Shown: positions 6,944-16,268 of the stretch, one piece after another
Position numbering within the stretch: the stretch's first letter is position 1
Layout of the letters: each line of letters starts with the position of its first letter
Origin: Nanohaloarchaea archaeon B1-Br10_U2g21
GTDB lineage: Archaea > Nanohalarchaeota > Nanosalinia > Nanosalinales > Nanosalinaceae
Assembly: GCA_001563915.1 (NCBI GenBank)
Contig: LKMP01000013.1
Coordinates: 1 to 25,686, forward strand
Length of the DNA: 25,686 nucleotides
Reading direction: 5' to 3'
Notes under the pieces: model-generated
What the model was told of the DNA's origin: nothing
The model's database searches: none
What the model saw: the letters and a program-made list of their open reading frames with translations, nothing else
Translations under genes and position numbers: made by a program

Positions 6944-9699
6944 TCTCCTAGCACTCCATAAAGCGGATCTCCTTCTTCAGGAATATAGCTTTCATAAAAT
7001 ACAAAACTTCCTATGAGTATCAGTAAAAAGAGTATTCCTATTAATGGCAATAGAAGTCCTCCTCCTTCATCGGGTTCTGTTGCTCCATCATCGCCATTGG
7101 AAGGTTCAGCATCCATTTGCGACTCTACTGTATCTAATGTCGTCTGCGCTGAATTAAACTCAGATTCTGCAGTCTCATATTCTCCTTGTTCCCAGTAAGA
7201 ATTAATCTGATCAATTTGACCAGATACTTCAGTCAAGTCGCTATCAAGGTCTGCATCATCTATTTCAGGTCTTAACTCATCTATTCTTTCTTGTATCTCA
7301 TCAGTTCTCTGACTGTAGTCCTCTATTGTAGCGCCTTGTATTTCTAAACTTTCGCTAACTTCTTCATCATCAACCGTACCTACAAATTCTACTGTGCCAG
7401 CATCAGGCTCTCCAATTTCAATTTCCACATTCTCAGTTTCCTCCGAGTCTAAATCAAAAGAGTCTGTTTCAATATCAAAAGTGTCTGAATCTACTGAAAT
7501 ATCTTCTATAGTTGATGAAGCAAGATTTTCGACTGTAACTGTATCAGAGTGTGTTTCTCCTTCCGGAACCGTTCCGAAGTCTAGTCGTGAAGGATCAAGT
7601 TCTAAATATTCTTCCTCTTCAGTCTCATCTTCATCTAAGTCTACCTGTATACTTAGTGGAATATCTAAAGTAGCGTTAGTAGTATTAGCAGCAATATATC
7701 CTTCATAGAATCCATCTGAACTTGGCTCTACCTCCATTACTGCTGTTTCATAATCTTCTACTGACATATCTGACACTGATGCAACATCACTTACGTTACC
7801 ACCCATTGTGAAATTGACATCAATCTCATCTTCATCTAGATTTCTTACTTTAAACTCCTCTGTAGTAGCCGACTCATTAGTATACAAATCCAGTTCATCA
7901 ATACCAAGACAGAGATCAGACTCCCATAGTGAACAGCTAGGTCCATCGATATATACTCTAGTTGAATCGTTGTAATCTACATCAGTATCCTGAAAAATTA
8001 TTTCACCATCTAGGTCTTCAGGTTCAGTATAATTGACATCAAAATCAATTTGTCTTTCCTCGCCAGACTGAAGACTGAAACTATCAGGCATATTAACAAC
8101 ATCTTCTAGACCTTCTATCGTAGTTTCAACATTTTTATCTGCATCCACTAGATTTTCTATAGTTATTTCTTCTGAAAATAGTCCTGTTTTATTGTATTCA
8201 AGACTTTTCTCAGATTCAGATTCAAAACTTGCATCTAAATCGCTAACTGTTAGACTAGAAGTATATTCATGAGATTCATTAAATTTGTTGATAGCTTCAA
8301 CATGCAGTGAATACGTGCCTGGTTCTTCATCTGAAGGTATAATTACATCAGCACTTGCTATTCCATCACTATCGCTGAAGTCAAAGTCTTCTATAGTAAA
8401 GTTTTGTTCAAAGTCTCCTCTAGTCAGAGTAGCGTTTAATACCCTGAACCTATCTAAATCGTAGGCATTCAAGCTGAAATACTTCCCCATTCTTAGCCGC
8501 ATCTCATGCGTTCTATCTTTAAACGCTGTAGGATTACTTCTATCTTCTATTCGGTACGTTTCTAAATCAATCCGATGAGATTCGCTGTAAGATCTATCAT
8601 CCTCCCATGCATAGAAGTCTATTCTGACCTCGTTTTCGTATTTAGAAGTATTAATATCAGGTATTGTCAAATTTGTGTCAAATAACTGACCATGCTCATC
8701 TTCTTCTTCGTCTCCTTCTTCTATGACTTCTACTTCATCCATCTCTTTCTCATCGAAAAGTACTTCTCCAGTTTCATTATAGCCATATATGCTTGCATTA
8801 ACAGCCTCTACCTGTGCTGCAGTAATACCAAATTCAAGATCTAAATCAGTTTCTACTTCACATCTCTCTGATAGAGTAGAGGTATCACAATTGTCTCCAC
8901 CAAAAATCTCAGTCGCTTCACCTTCTATGTCAGGACCCGTATTCACAAACTGAGAGTAACTGCCCATATAATTATCATATTCTTCTGCAGTTGTTCTGAG
9001 TATATACGTTGAGTTAGCCGCCTCAGGCATCCCTACTTCTGCATTAAAATTATAGCCTGTCTGAGGATCATCATTAAAGTTTTCTAAAAAGTATGATTCT
9101 TCGGTCTCAGAGACATTATGAAAATAAATTTCAGGTCTTGGGCGGTCAACTATTTGGCCACTAGTAGTATTTGTTGTTCTCACATCTATTTTGAGCTGTC
9201 TCTCTGCCCTTATTGGGTCAATTATATCTGTCAGAAAATCAACTTCTATATCTCCCACAGTTACCGGATAATTTTCGACAGCTTCTGAACCCGAATCATC
9301 ATACCCTCCTACTGCTTCTCCAAAAGCTCTGAAAGTTACTTCTTCCATATCTACATTATCTGTTTTGAATTCAGCATACCATTTTCCAAGATCATCATGA
9401 AAGTTTAGGGATTCGTTTACTGTTCCGTTAAGTGTTTCATATTCATAAATTATATACTGGTTCGAGTAGCTTTCATTCGTCACGTTTTGATGCAAATCAT
9501 CAGGCGTTAGACGGTCTCCAGAATCAGTCTGCAAATCTGCAACAAATATTGCATTTGTATCATTTGAAAGCATATCTACATTATACGGTTCGTCTAAAAC
9601 CTCGAACTCCCAGTTAGATGCAGTTACCGAGCCTAAAAACATGAAAATAGCTAAAACCATGATACTATACTGTGGAATTTTACCTTGCATATAATACAT
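6940..9699 (-). CDS. Large cell-surface glycoprotein with Ig-like domains and a C-terminal membrane anchor
   Basis: Signal peptide (...VLAIFMFLGSVTA), more than 20 N-x-S/T sequons, ASH/Ig-like segment LELDPSRLDFGTVPEGETHSDTVTVEN, helical stalk and C-terminal TM (LLLPLIGILFLLILIGSFVFY). Exact start uncertain. Confidence 0.85.
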   Translation of the reverse strand: MYYMQGKIPQYSIMVLAIFMFLGSVTASNWEFEVLDEPYNVDMLSNDTNAIFVADLQTDSGDRLTPDDLHQNVTNESYSNQYIIYEYETLNGTVNESLNFHDDLGKWYAEFKTDNVDMEEVTFRAFGEAVGGYDDSGSEAVENYPVTVGDIEVDFLTDIIDPIRAERQLKIDVRTTNTTSGQIVDRPRPEIYFHNVSETEESYFLENFNDDPQTGYNFNAEVGMPEAANSTYILRTTAEEYDNYMGSYSQFVNTGPDIEGEATEIFGGDNCDTSTLSERCEVETDLDLEFGITAAQVEAVNASIYGYNETGEVLFDEKEMDEVEVIEEGDEEEDEHGQLFDTNLTIPDINTSKYENEVRIDFYAWEDDRSYSESHRIDLETYRIEDRSNPTAFKDRTHEMRLRMGKYFSLNAYDLDRFRVLNATLTRGDFEQNFTIEDFDFSDSDGIASADVIIPSDEEPGTYSLHVEAINKFNESHEYTSSLTVSDLDASFESESEKSLEYNKTGLFSEEITIENLVDADKNVETTIEGLEDVVNMPDSFSLQSGEERQIDFDVNYTEPEDLDGEIIFQDTDVDYNDSTRVYIDGPSCSLWESDLCLGIDELDLYTNESATTEEFKVRNLDEDEIDVNFTMGGNVSDVASVSDMSVEDYETAVMEVEPSSDGFYEGYIAANTTNATLDIPLSIQVDLDEDETEEEEYLELDPSRLDFGTVPEGETHSDTVTVENLASSTIEDISVDSDTFDIETDSFDLDSEETENVEIEIGEPDAGTVEFVGTVDDEEVSESLEIQGATIEDYSQRTDEIQERIDELRPEIDDADLDSDLTEVSGQIDQINSYWEQGEYETAESEFNSAQTTLDTVESQMDAEPSNGDDGATEPDEGGGLLLPLIGILFLLILIGSFVFYESYIPEEGDPLYGVLGE

Positions 9700-9722
9700 T
9701 TGTTAGAAGAGGGGTTAAAAAC

Positions 9723-10235
9723 TTATTCAATTACTAGACGCATTACAAACAGCTTCTCAAACCAAAACTTCTCTTCGTCTAAGACTTCAAGATCAAATTC
9801 TTCAACTAATGATCTGTATTCTGCAAGACTACTCACAATAATTAATGCCTCTCCACCCTCTTCCAAGTAATCAGAAACATTTTCAAGAAATCTTTCAGTT
9901 ACCTCAATACCTTTTTTCCCGCCTAGCCAGGTCTCAACACCGTTTAAATCCTCATCATGTTCTTCAGGCAGATAAGGAGGATTAAAAACGACTAAGTCAT
10001 ACACCCCCTCAACTTCTTCAAATAAATCTGATCTCAGGACGTTTATTTTTTCAGGCAGATTACTAAGAGCTTCAGGGTTGATATCAGTAGCAGTAACCTC
10101 AGCTCCTTTTTCCATCATAGTCCTTGCAATAAGACCATTACCAGTACCTATCTCCAGAACTTTTTTTCCCTTGAGCTCTCTCTTTTCTACGTTTTCTTTC
10201 AAAAGCAAAGTATCTTCCCGTACTGGATATATCAT
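9723..10235 (-). CDS. prmC: HemK2/MTQ2-like (release factor glutamine) methyltransferase
   Basis: IYPVREDTLLL, VLEIGTGNG, TDIN, FNPPY, GGKKG. Standard position downstream of ksgA. Confidence 0.88.
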   Translation of the reverse strand: MIYPVREDTLLLKENVEKRELKGKKVLEIGTGNGLIARTMMEKGAEVTATDINPEALSNLPEKINVLRSDLFEEVEGVYDLVVFNPPYLPEEHDEDLNGVETWLGGKKGIEVTERFLENVSDYLEEGGEALIIVSSLAEYRSLVEEFDLEVLDEEKFWFEKLFVMRLVIE

Positions 10236-10459
10236 TTTGAAGCCTTCAAAAATTTAGAATAACGTGCTAAAGATTTTTCGACCATTAAATTAAAGTTTAG
10301 GTAAGATCGAGCGCTGATATAGAACGAATAGTTTAAATGCATGACTTCTGTAAGCCTTTCACTAGGAACTTCTTTCTTCAAAGTTTCGAACTCTTTAGAA
10401 ACAATTTTTTCTAGGCCTGAGAACGCCTTATTGGTTACAAAGATGTACTTACTCCGCAT
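10232..10459 (-). CDS. Small basic hypothetical protein (doubtful)
   Basis: Fills the ksgA-hemK gap and has an ATGA overlap with the hemK-like gene, but composition is atypical and there is no recognisable motif. Confidence 0.35.
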   Translation of the reverse strand: MRSKYIFVTNKAFSGLEKIVSKEFETLKKEVPSERLTEVMHLNYSFYISARSYLNFNLMVEKSLARYSKFLKASK

Positions 10460-10481
10460 AAGAAATTGTAAACTCCAGAGT

Positions 10482-11276
10482 TTAAAGTTTATTATGTCGT
10501 TTGAGAAAAATCTGTATTTCTTTTAGTTCTGATACTCCGAGATTGATTACTCTTGTTTCCGAATTCGGAATTTTATCTCGAAGTGGCTTTAACTCATCTT
10601 TATTCTTACCAAGTATATTCCGTGAGTCCACGAATGCGTTGCGTAGTTTCTTCCTTTTATGAGTGAATAAGGCTTTTACCAATTTGAAGAAGGTTTCTTC
10701 ATCTTCTACGCCATGGCGTTCCTTGTTAGGATAGAGTTTGATAATAGACGCATCTACTTCTGGCGCTGGATAGAACTCTCGTCTTGAGATGTCTGTAAGC
10801 TTGACTGGTAGGAAGTAATACTGTGCCATGACTGTGAAACGCCCATAATTTGAGTCTCCAGGTTCTGCGACCGCTTTGTCGGCAAGTTCTTTCTGTACTA
10901 TTAGAGATGATTGTACTTGGGAGTCTCCCAGTTTTTCAAATATTTCTGATGTAATTTGGAAAGGTATGTTAGATATACATCTCTCAAATTCGCTGAAGCT
11001 GATATCTAGTGCGTCTTCATTTACAAGTTCTGCTTCTGGAAAGTTTTCTTTCAAATAGTTTGCAAGAACTGTGTCTTTCTCTACTACAGTTAATTCAGAG
11101 GTATTCTCCAGCAATTTTTCTGTAATTACTCCGAGCCCTCCTCCAATCTCTAGAGTTTTATGCTCTTCTAATTCTCCGGACTCTACTAGGGCTTTTACAG
11201 TATTGTTATTAGTTAGAAAGTTTTGGCCATCTACAGGTTTCAAACCTATATCTCGAAGTTTTTTTTCGACATCCAT
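10482..11276 (-). CDS. rsmA: 16S rRNA adenine dimethyltransferase KsgA/Dim1
   Basis: GQNFL, LEIGGGLG, VVEKD, SNIPFQIT, FYPAPEVDA, FTHKRKKLRN. Confidence 0.95.
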   Translation of the reverse strand: MDVEKKLRDIGLKPVDGQNFLTNNNTVKALVESGELEEHKTLEIGGGLGVITEKLLENTSELTVVEKDTVLANYLKENFPEAELVNEDALDISFSEFERCISNIPFQITSEIFEKLGDSQVQSSLIVQKELADKAVAEPGDSNYGRFTVMAQYYFLPVKLTDISRREFYPAPEVDASIIKLYPNKERHGVEDEETFFKLVKALFTHKRKKLRNAFVDSRNILGKNKDELKPLRDKIPNSETRVINLGVSELKEIQIFLKRHNKL

Positions 11277-11279
11277 TTT

Positions 11280-11825
11280 TTATGTGAATAGCCGAGTTCT
11301 GACGTCTTCTCCTTTTAATTCCTGGACAATTCTTTTTCTGACTGTTTCTTTTGGATCAGGGATTGAAGGTACTCGTTCTTTGAGATCTTCTAATGATTGG
11401 AATTCCTCTTTTTCTCTTTCTTCTAGAAGTTTCTGCATATGTTTTTTTCCAATTCCAGGTAGTAGTTCAAATGCGTGTCTTCTTGGTGTTACAGGCGGGG
11501 CTGTGTTGAAGAACTCTATAATGTTATCTTCGTTTTCATCTAGTAATGCATCTAAAACGTATTTTAGTTCACTTTTTGCATTTCCTGTGAGTTCATCATA
11601 GTTTATACGGGCTTTGATGAATTCAACCCTGTCTCGATCTCCTTCTCCAATATAAAGTTTTTCTCCTCCCTTAGGTCTTTCATCTTCTCTCATAACTACC
11701 TCTAGAAGGGTGTAATATTCTGTGCCTATAGTCTGAGCTACCCGCTCTTCTCTTTCATTTGATTTTCCGTGTTCTAGGAAGTCAAGTACTTGTACATTTT
11801 CATCTTTTCCAGACAATATAGACAC
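11280..11825 (-). CDS. DUF655-family putative RNA-binding protein
   Basis: VLDFLEHG, IGTEYYTLLE, FFNTAPPVTPRRHAFELLPGIGKK. Conserved rpoF-DUF655-ksgA context. Confidence 0.92.
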   Translation of the reverse strand: MSILSGKDENVQVLDFLEHGKSNEREERVAQTIGTEYYTLLEVVMREDERPKGGEKLYIGEGDRDRVEFIKARINYDELTGNAKSELKYVLDALLDENEDNIIEFFNTAPPVTPRRHAFELLPGIGKKHMQKLLEEREKEEFQSLEDLKERVPSIPDPKETVRKRIVQELKGEDVRTRLFT

Positions 11826-11865
11826 CTCTCCTAAAAGTATTTCAGAACTTCAACGTTTTAAGGCT

Positions 11866-12198
11866 TTACTCGGTCTCAATCGAGTTAGTAATTTCTAGAA
11901 TGCTTTCGATATCTGAGTCTTCAAGCTTTACTCTTTCCTTAGAGAAAATAGCTCTGACTGTGGATTCTTCTGTAGGAACTACTTCTAGTAGTTTGTATAT
12001 ATTCCTAGTCTTCAGACCTTCAATCTCTTCAAATTCGGAATGTAGTTCTTCTAGAGTTTCTAGATCGCTGATTTTAGTGTGACGTGATAGGTTTTCAAGT
12101 GCAATTCGTTGTTCGTGAGTAAGTTCTTCTTCATCTCTATCTTTCAAAGCTTCTAGTGCTTCTACAGGGTAAACGTATTCTTCATCTACTACCTTCAT
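11866..12198 (-). CDS. rpoF: RNA polymerase subunit F (Rpo4)
   Basis: 110 aa with ELTHEQRIALE and KLLEVVPTEESTVRAIFSKER. Lies between rpl21e and DUF655. Confidence 0.9.
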   Translation of the reverse strand: MKVVDEEYVYPVEALEALKDRDEEELTHEQRIALENLSRHTKISDLETLEELHSEFEEIEGLKTRNIYKLLEVVPTEESTVRAIFSKERVKLEDSDIESILEITNSIETE

Positions 12199-12201
12199 TT
12201 T

Positions 12202-12489
12202 TTATTCCACCTTCTTGAGATGCGCAGGTTTGAGGAACAGAGTTTTTGTAACATTCCCATCCTTGATTTCTACTTCATATGAGTCTCCTCTCTTACCTTT
12301 TACTTCTCCTGTTTTTCCGTGTACTCTCTGATGAGGCCTTCCTTCTGTTACAGCAGGATTTAACTGGATTCTTGCTTTCTCTCCTTCTTCAAATTCTTTC
12401 AAGACTTCATTTACTGTAAGTTTCTCTCTCGGATTAGACGAAAGTTTACTCCGTGCTCCGTGCTGTTTTCCCCTAGATTTTTCTGCCAT
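12202..12489 (-). CDS. rpl21e: 50S ribosomal protein L21e
   Basis: KSRGKQHGARSKL, GRPHQRVHGKTG, YEVEIKDG, KPAHLKK. Confidence 0.95.
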   Translation of the reverse strand: MAEKSRGKQHGARSKLSSNPREKLTVNEVLKEFEEGEKARIQLNPAVTEGRPHQRVHGKTGEVKGKRGDSYEVEIKDGNVTKTLFLKPAHLKKVE

Positions 12490-12539
12490 ACTTTATCGAC
12501 CTATAACAAGACGTTATGTCGTAAACTTTTAAACACTCT

Positions 12540-13412
12540 TCAATTCCTATGCTTTTCTGCTTTATCTCTAAGCTTCTCAACCTGAATATAAGGCAGCTTT
12601 ACTTTTCCAATGTTGTATTTATTGGACTTGCTCCCATGACAATCGCTCCCTCCACTTGCTACTAAGCCCTGTTTTTCGGCTATCTCCGATGCATATGCTT
12701 CTGTAAAATTAATCCTATAACCATCCTGAATTTTATGCCTATATGTGTACTCAACTTCTAAACCATCTAATCCTAGACGTATGAGCTTCCTAACTATTCT
12801 TTCTGCATTTTCTTCATTTAAGTCTCTGCCCGGATGAGCCAGTACAGCAGCTCCTCCGCTCTCATGTATTGCAGCTATCACTTCCCCAGCCCCAACTTTT
12901 TCGGTTGGAACATAGGAACTACAATTTTCTCCAATATACTTTTTGAAAGCTTCATTTTCGTTTTTTGCAAGATTTTTTTCCACTATTTCTGCTGCCAGAT
13001 GAGGCCTTCCAACATTTCCTTCTGATCTGTTTTCTATTTCTTTAAATGAAATATTAGCATCCGAAACTTCGTTTACTTTCTTTACCATTTCTTTCATTCT
13101 TTCCCTGCGATAGTTCTTGTTCTTTTCAATTATACTCTGTAGTTCTTTGTTTTCAGGATCCAGAAAGTATCCCAAAATCTCTATTTTCACATTATTTATC
13201 TTTGACTTTATTTCTGCTCCAGTAATTACTTCCACTCCATTTTCTGCAATAAAAGCTCGCTTAGAAAGGCCTGGATTAATTGTGTCATGATCTGTGATCG
13301 CTATTGCGTCGAGTTCTTGCTTATGCGCATCATATATCCTCTGTTTTACTGTGTCTGTTCCATCGCTTGCTATAGTGTGCATATGAAGGTCTGCGACTTT
13401 TTCAGAATTCAT
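12540..13412 (-). CDS. PHP-domain metal-dependent phosphoesterase (TrpH/YciV-like)
   Basis: DLHMHTIASDG, AITDHDT, GAEI, GRPH, LAHP, GLDGLE, SGGSDCHG. Confidence 0.92.
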   Translation of the reverse strand: MNSEKVADLHMHTIASDGTDTVKQRIYDAHKQELDAIAITDHDTINPGLSKRAFIAENGVEVITGAEIKSKINNVKIEILGYFLDPENKELQSIIEKNKNYRRERMKEMVKKVNEVSDANISFKEIENRSEGNVGRPHLAAEIVEKNLAKNENEAFKKYIGENCSSYVPTEKVGAGEVIAAIHESGGAAVLAHPGRDLNEENAERIVRKLIRLGLDGLEVEYTYRHKIQDGYRINFTEAYASEIAEKQGLVASGGSDCHGSKSNKYNIGKVKLPYIQVEKLRDKAEKHRN

Positions 13413-14638
13413 TCATCATCTCCCGGAATATGGAACCCTGTAACGTCTAGCTGCACACACGCCGAGCTCTGCCCAATTAGACCTGCTACGCTAGGATTTG
13501 TACGCCCTTCATCGCTTGAGATCAACTCTTTGATATAAGTGCCTGACTCGGCCTGAACATCAAGGACCAATAAGTCTTCTTCTATAGTCCAATCAACTTT
13601 TCTGACTTCTCTTTTTCTGACTTTATCAGCTCTCCTATGCTCCACACGAGAAGGAGTTCTTTGGTCTACAACACCTTCCAAGTTCTTCAAAGCATCTAAA
13701 TCGGCTTTTTCTAAGTCTTCTATCTCTATCCATGCCCTATAGCTTTTATCAGCTTCCAGTTGTTTGACTTCTGCAGGTTTATCATGATGCGTTTCTTTTA
13801 AATCAAATACTTCAACTCTATCGTCTTTGTTAATTTCTTGACATATTTTTTCAAGATCCAGATTTCTTACAAGCGGTTCGCGAATCTCAACTACGAAAGG
13901 TCTTTTTCCATGACATTCAACATCTATATCTTCTCTTCCTGCTCCATGGAACTTTGCATCTATACCCTTACTCTGCTCAATAAAAGGTCTCTGAATAATT
14001 TCTTGTACCGATCCCTTGTATTGCTGACCTGTCCAATCGCAGCTATCACATCCGCTGCCGCTGCAATCACTGCATGGCCACTCTGTCTGAGGAAGCTCTC
14101 GAGAATACTTGTTATAACGGCCGTAGAAGAGAATTGAGTTAACTTGGAGTTCAACTCTATCTTTTCCTTCTCTCATATCTATTACGGCCATGATATCAGG
14201 TCTTTCAAAATTAACATTAAGTTCTGTAACTTCCTCAAGTTTTTTGCCTATCAGTCTTGAAAGCTCTGTTTTGATAGGTTCAGTGAACTCAACTCCATAT
14301 TCTTCCCAGATTTCTTCCTCTTTTTCTATCAGGTCTACTGGAGGTCTTACACCAAGTAGAAAAGTTTCTAACTGATATCTTTCGAGTGAATTTGCTACCA
14401 TATCAGTATATCTTCCGACTTCATCGAACACTCCATTACAAACTCCACATTCTCCTCCTATATTTGAGTCAGGTCTTTCATTGAAATGTTGTTCTTTCAG
14501 TTCTGAACCATATTTTTTGACTATTTTTCCTCTCGTATGATTTTCTAGCCCATGACCTAGCTGTGCGAACTGTCTTCCTAGGCAGTGGTCACATAATTCG
14601 AGTTTTAGAAGTTGTTCTGCTTTTTCCCCTATTTCCAT
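13409..14638 (-). CDS. pus10: tRNA pseudouridine(54/55) synthase Pus10
   Basis: LCDHCLGRQFA zinc finger, GRYNKYSRELPQT, HGAGREDID catalytic motif, QRTPSRVEHRRAD, GTYIKELIS. Confidence 0.96.
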   Translation of the reverse strand: MEIGEKAEQLLKLELCDHCLGRQFAQLGHGLENHTRGKIVKKYGSELKEQHFNERPDSNIGGECGVCNGVFDEVGRYTDMVANSLERYQLETFLLGVRPPVDLIEKEEEIWEEYGVEFTEPIKTELSRLIGKKLEEVTELNVNFERPDIMAVIDMREGKDRVELQVNSILFYGRYNKYSRELPQTEWPCSDCSGSGCDSCDWTGQQYKGSVQEIIQRPFIEQSKGIDAKFHGAGREDIDVECHGKRPFVVEIREPLVRNLDLEKICQEINKDDRVEVFDLKETHHDKPAEVKQLEADKSYRAWIEIEDLEKADLDALKNLEGVVDQRTPSRVEHRRADKVRKREVRKVDWTIEEDLLVLDVQAESGTYIKELISSDEGRTNPSVAGLIGQSSACVQLDVTGFHIPGDDE

Positions 14639-14879
14639 ATATTTAGGATGAAGTAGAGTTTTTTAATGAGGCCGGTTATTTTTCTTTGCCTGAAGTTTCA
14701 TTAATCCCTTTTTAGTCGATGATATGATTAGAATCCTACACTGACCCAGTATCTTGGCTCTCTACTATTGAAAATACATTCCTGCTGGTAATAGCCACAA
14801 TTAACAATATCTGGCCATAGTCATCAAATATTCAATCAAAAATCTGCTCTTTTGTATTATTTCCAGATTTTAGTCTTAG

Positions 14880-16268
14880 TTATTGGTATATGGAATGCCT
14901 GAATTTTTCGAATAGATTCATTTGGACTTCTGAGGCTTTTTCTCTGTCTAGGTCTATTATCTTTGGATTGGTCCAGATTGATCCTGCTGTATCTATTGTG
15001 ACAGTGGCTTGGTTCCAGCGTCTTTGGAAAATTGATTCAGTTTTAACAATGTTTTGTACTCTGAAGTATGGTACTACGTAAGTTTTCCTTTTCCATACTC
15101 CGTTTCTTATGAATACATTGTCTTTACCTGTACTATAACCTATATTCTCCCACTTCAAGTTTGAGGCTTTTCTAGCAGCTAGTGCTAACAATAATGGTAT
15201 TGTTAGTAGAAAAGGACCAAATCCTGCGATTATAAGGCCTATTATAGGTACAGCTATGATTGAAGCTGTTAGAATATATCTTCTGAAATATCGGCTCTTT
15301 GCTCTTTTATCGATACTCTTGAACTCTTGAGATTGGAATTTGCCTATTTTCTCGGCATAGTTCACAACGTTTTCTCTTTTATCGAATGGTATAATTGCTG
15401 TAGACGTGTTTATCTGCTCCTCTGTATCTGCGCCTGCAGTCTCTATTTTGAGAGTCGCATAACCAAGATATCTTTCTAGGAAATTTTCGTTTATTATAAG
15501 AGTCTGTATTTTTTCTTTGGGAATAGTAGCGCCCTGGCGGTTGATTAAACCCATTTCATACTCTATGGCGTCGTTTTTTCTCTCTAAGCTAAAGCCATAG
15601 TATTTCGTGAATGTTCCTGTAGCTGAGAACAATGTGCTTAGGCCTGTTAAGACTGTTATTCCTATTACTGAAAGAATTAGGCCTCCTATAAGTTGTGTTA
15701 TTGTTTCTGCAAATATTGTTAGACCTGTCAAAGCTGCTCCTAAAAGCAGTATTCCTACTGCTGCTGTTAGTGGAGCATGACCGATTAAACTTAACATAAG
15801 CAGGTTTTTATCGGTTAAAACATAGTCTTCTCCGTCTGTGTCTTCTTGAGTCTCAGGGCTTTTTCGACGGTCTTTTAGTTTTCTAATCTCATTTCGTAGC
15901 TGTTCAGCATCCTCTAATTCAAGATATCTTAGTGCAGCCTCGGTGCTAGTTCCTCCTGCAGTCTCTACTTTTAATTCTGCTATATCAAAAATCCTGTGGA
16001 TTATATTACGGTTTATATCAACATTTTGGACTCTTCTTACAGGTATATCGAGTTTGTTTCTCGTTATTACGCCTGATGTTATTTTTATGTCTCCTTCCTC
16101 TATATAGAAATCGTAGTTTTTCCAGTAGAGATATTCGTATACTCCTACAGCCAGTAGTATAGGCAGGAATAAGAGTAAAATCGGCGGAAATATGAATGCA
16201 AGAACTATTAAAACTCCGATAGTCCTCGTAAGAGTTTTGTAGTATATACTTTTCTTTGATAATTTCAT
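14880..16268 (-). CDS. YdbT-like membrane protein with bacterial PH (bPH_2) domains
   Basis: Alternating TM pairs and PH-like repeats: IPVRRVQNVDI...VETAGG, IPKEKIQ...IETAG, VPYFRVQN...IDTAG. Confidence 0.88.
   Translation of the reverse strand: MKLSKKSIYYKTLTRTIGVLIVLAFIFPPILLLFLPILLAVGVYEYLYWKNYDFYIEEGDIKITSGVITRNKLDIPVRRVQNVDINRNIIHRIFDIAELKVETAGGTSTEAALRYLELEDAEQLRNEIRKLKDRRKSPETQEDTDGEDYVLTDKNLLMLSLIGHAPLTAAVGILLLGAALTGLTIFAETITQLIGGLILSVIGITVLTGLSTLFSATGTFTKYYGFSLERKNDAIEYEMGLINRQGATIPKEKIQTLIINENFLERYLGYATLKIETAGADTEEQINTSTAIIPFDKRENVVNYAEKIGKFQSQEFKSIDKRAKSRYFRRYILTASIIAVPIIGLIIAGFGPFLLTIPLLLALAARKASNLKWENIGYSTGKDNVFIRNGVWKRKTYVVPYFRVQNIVKTESIFQRRWNQATVTIDTAGSIWTNPKIIDLDREKASEVQMNLFEKFRHSIYQ

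Noticed and set aside
14030-14080. Extra CxxCxGxGCxxC zinc finger in Pus10
   Set aside because: A known feature of many euryarchaeal Pus10 proteins, not novel.
14716-14750. C/D-box sRNA as a called feature
   Set aside because: No canonical RUGAUGA C box with a properly spaced second D box. Kept only as a low-interest finding.
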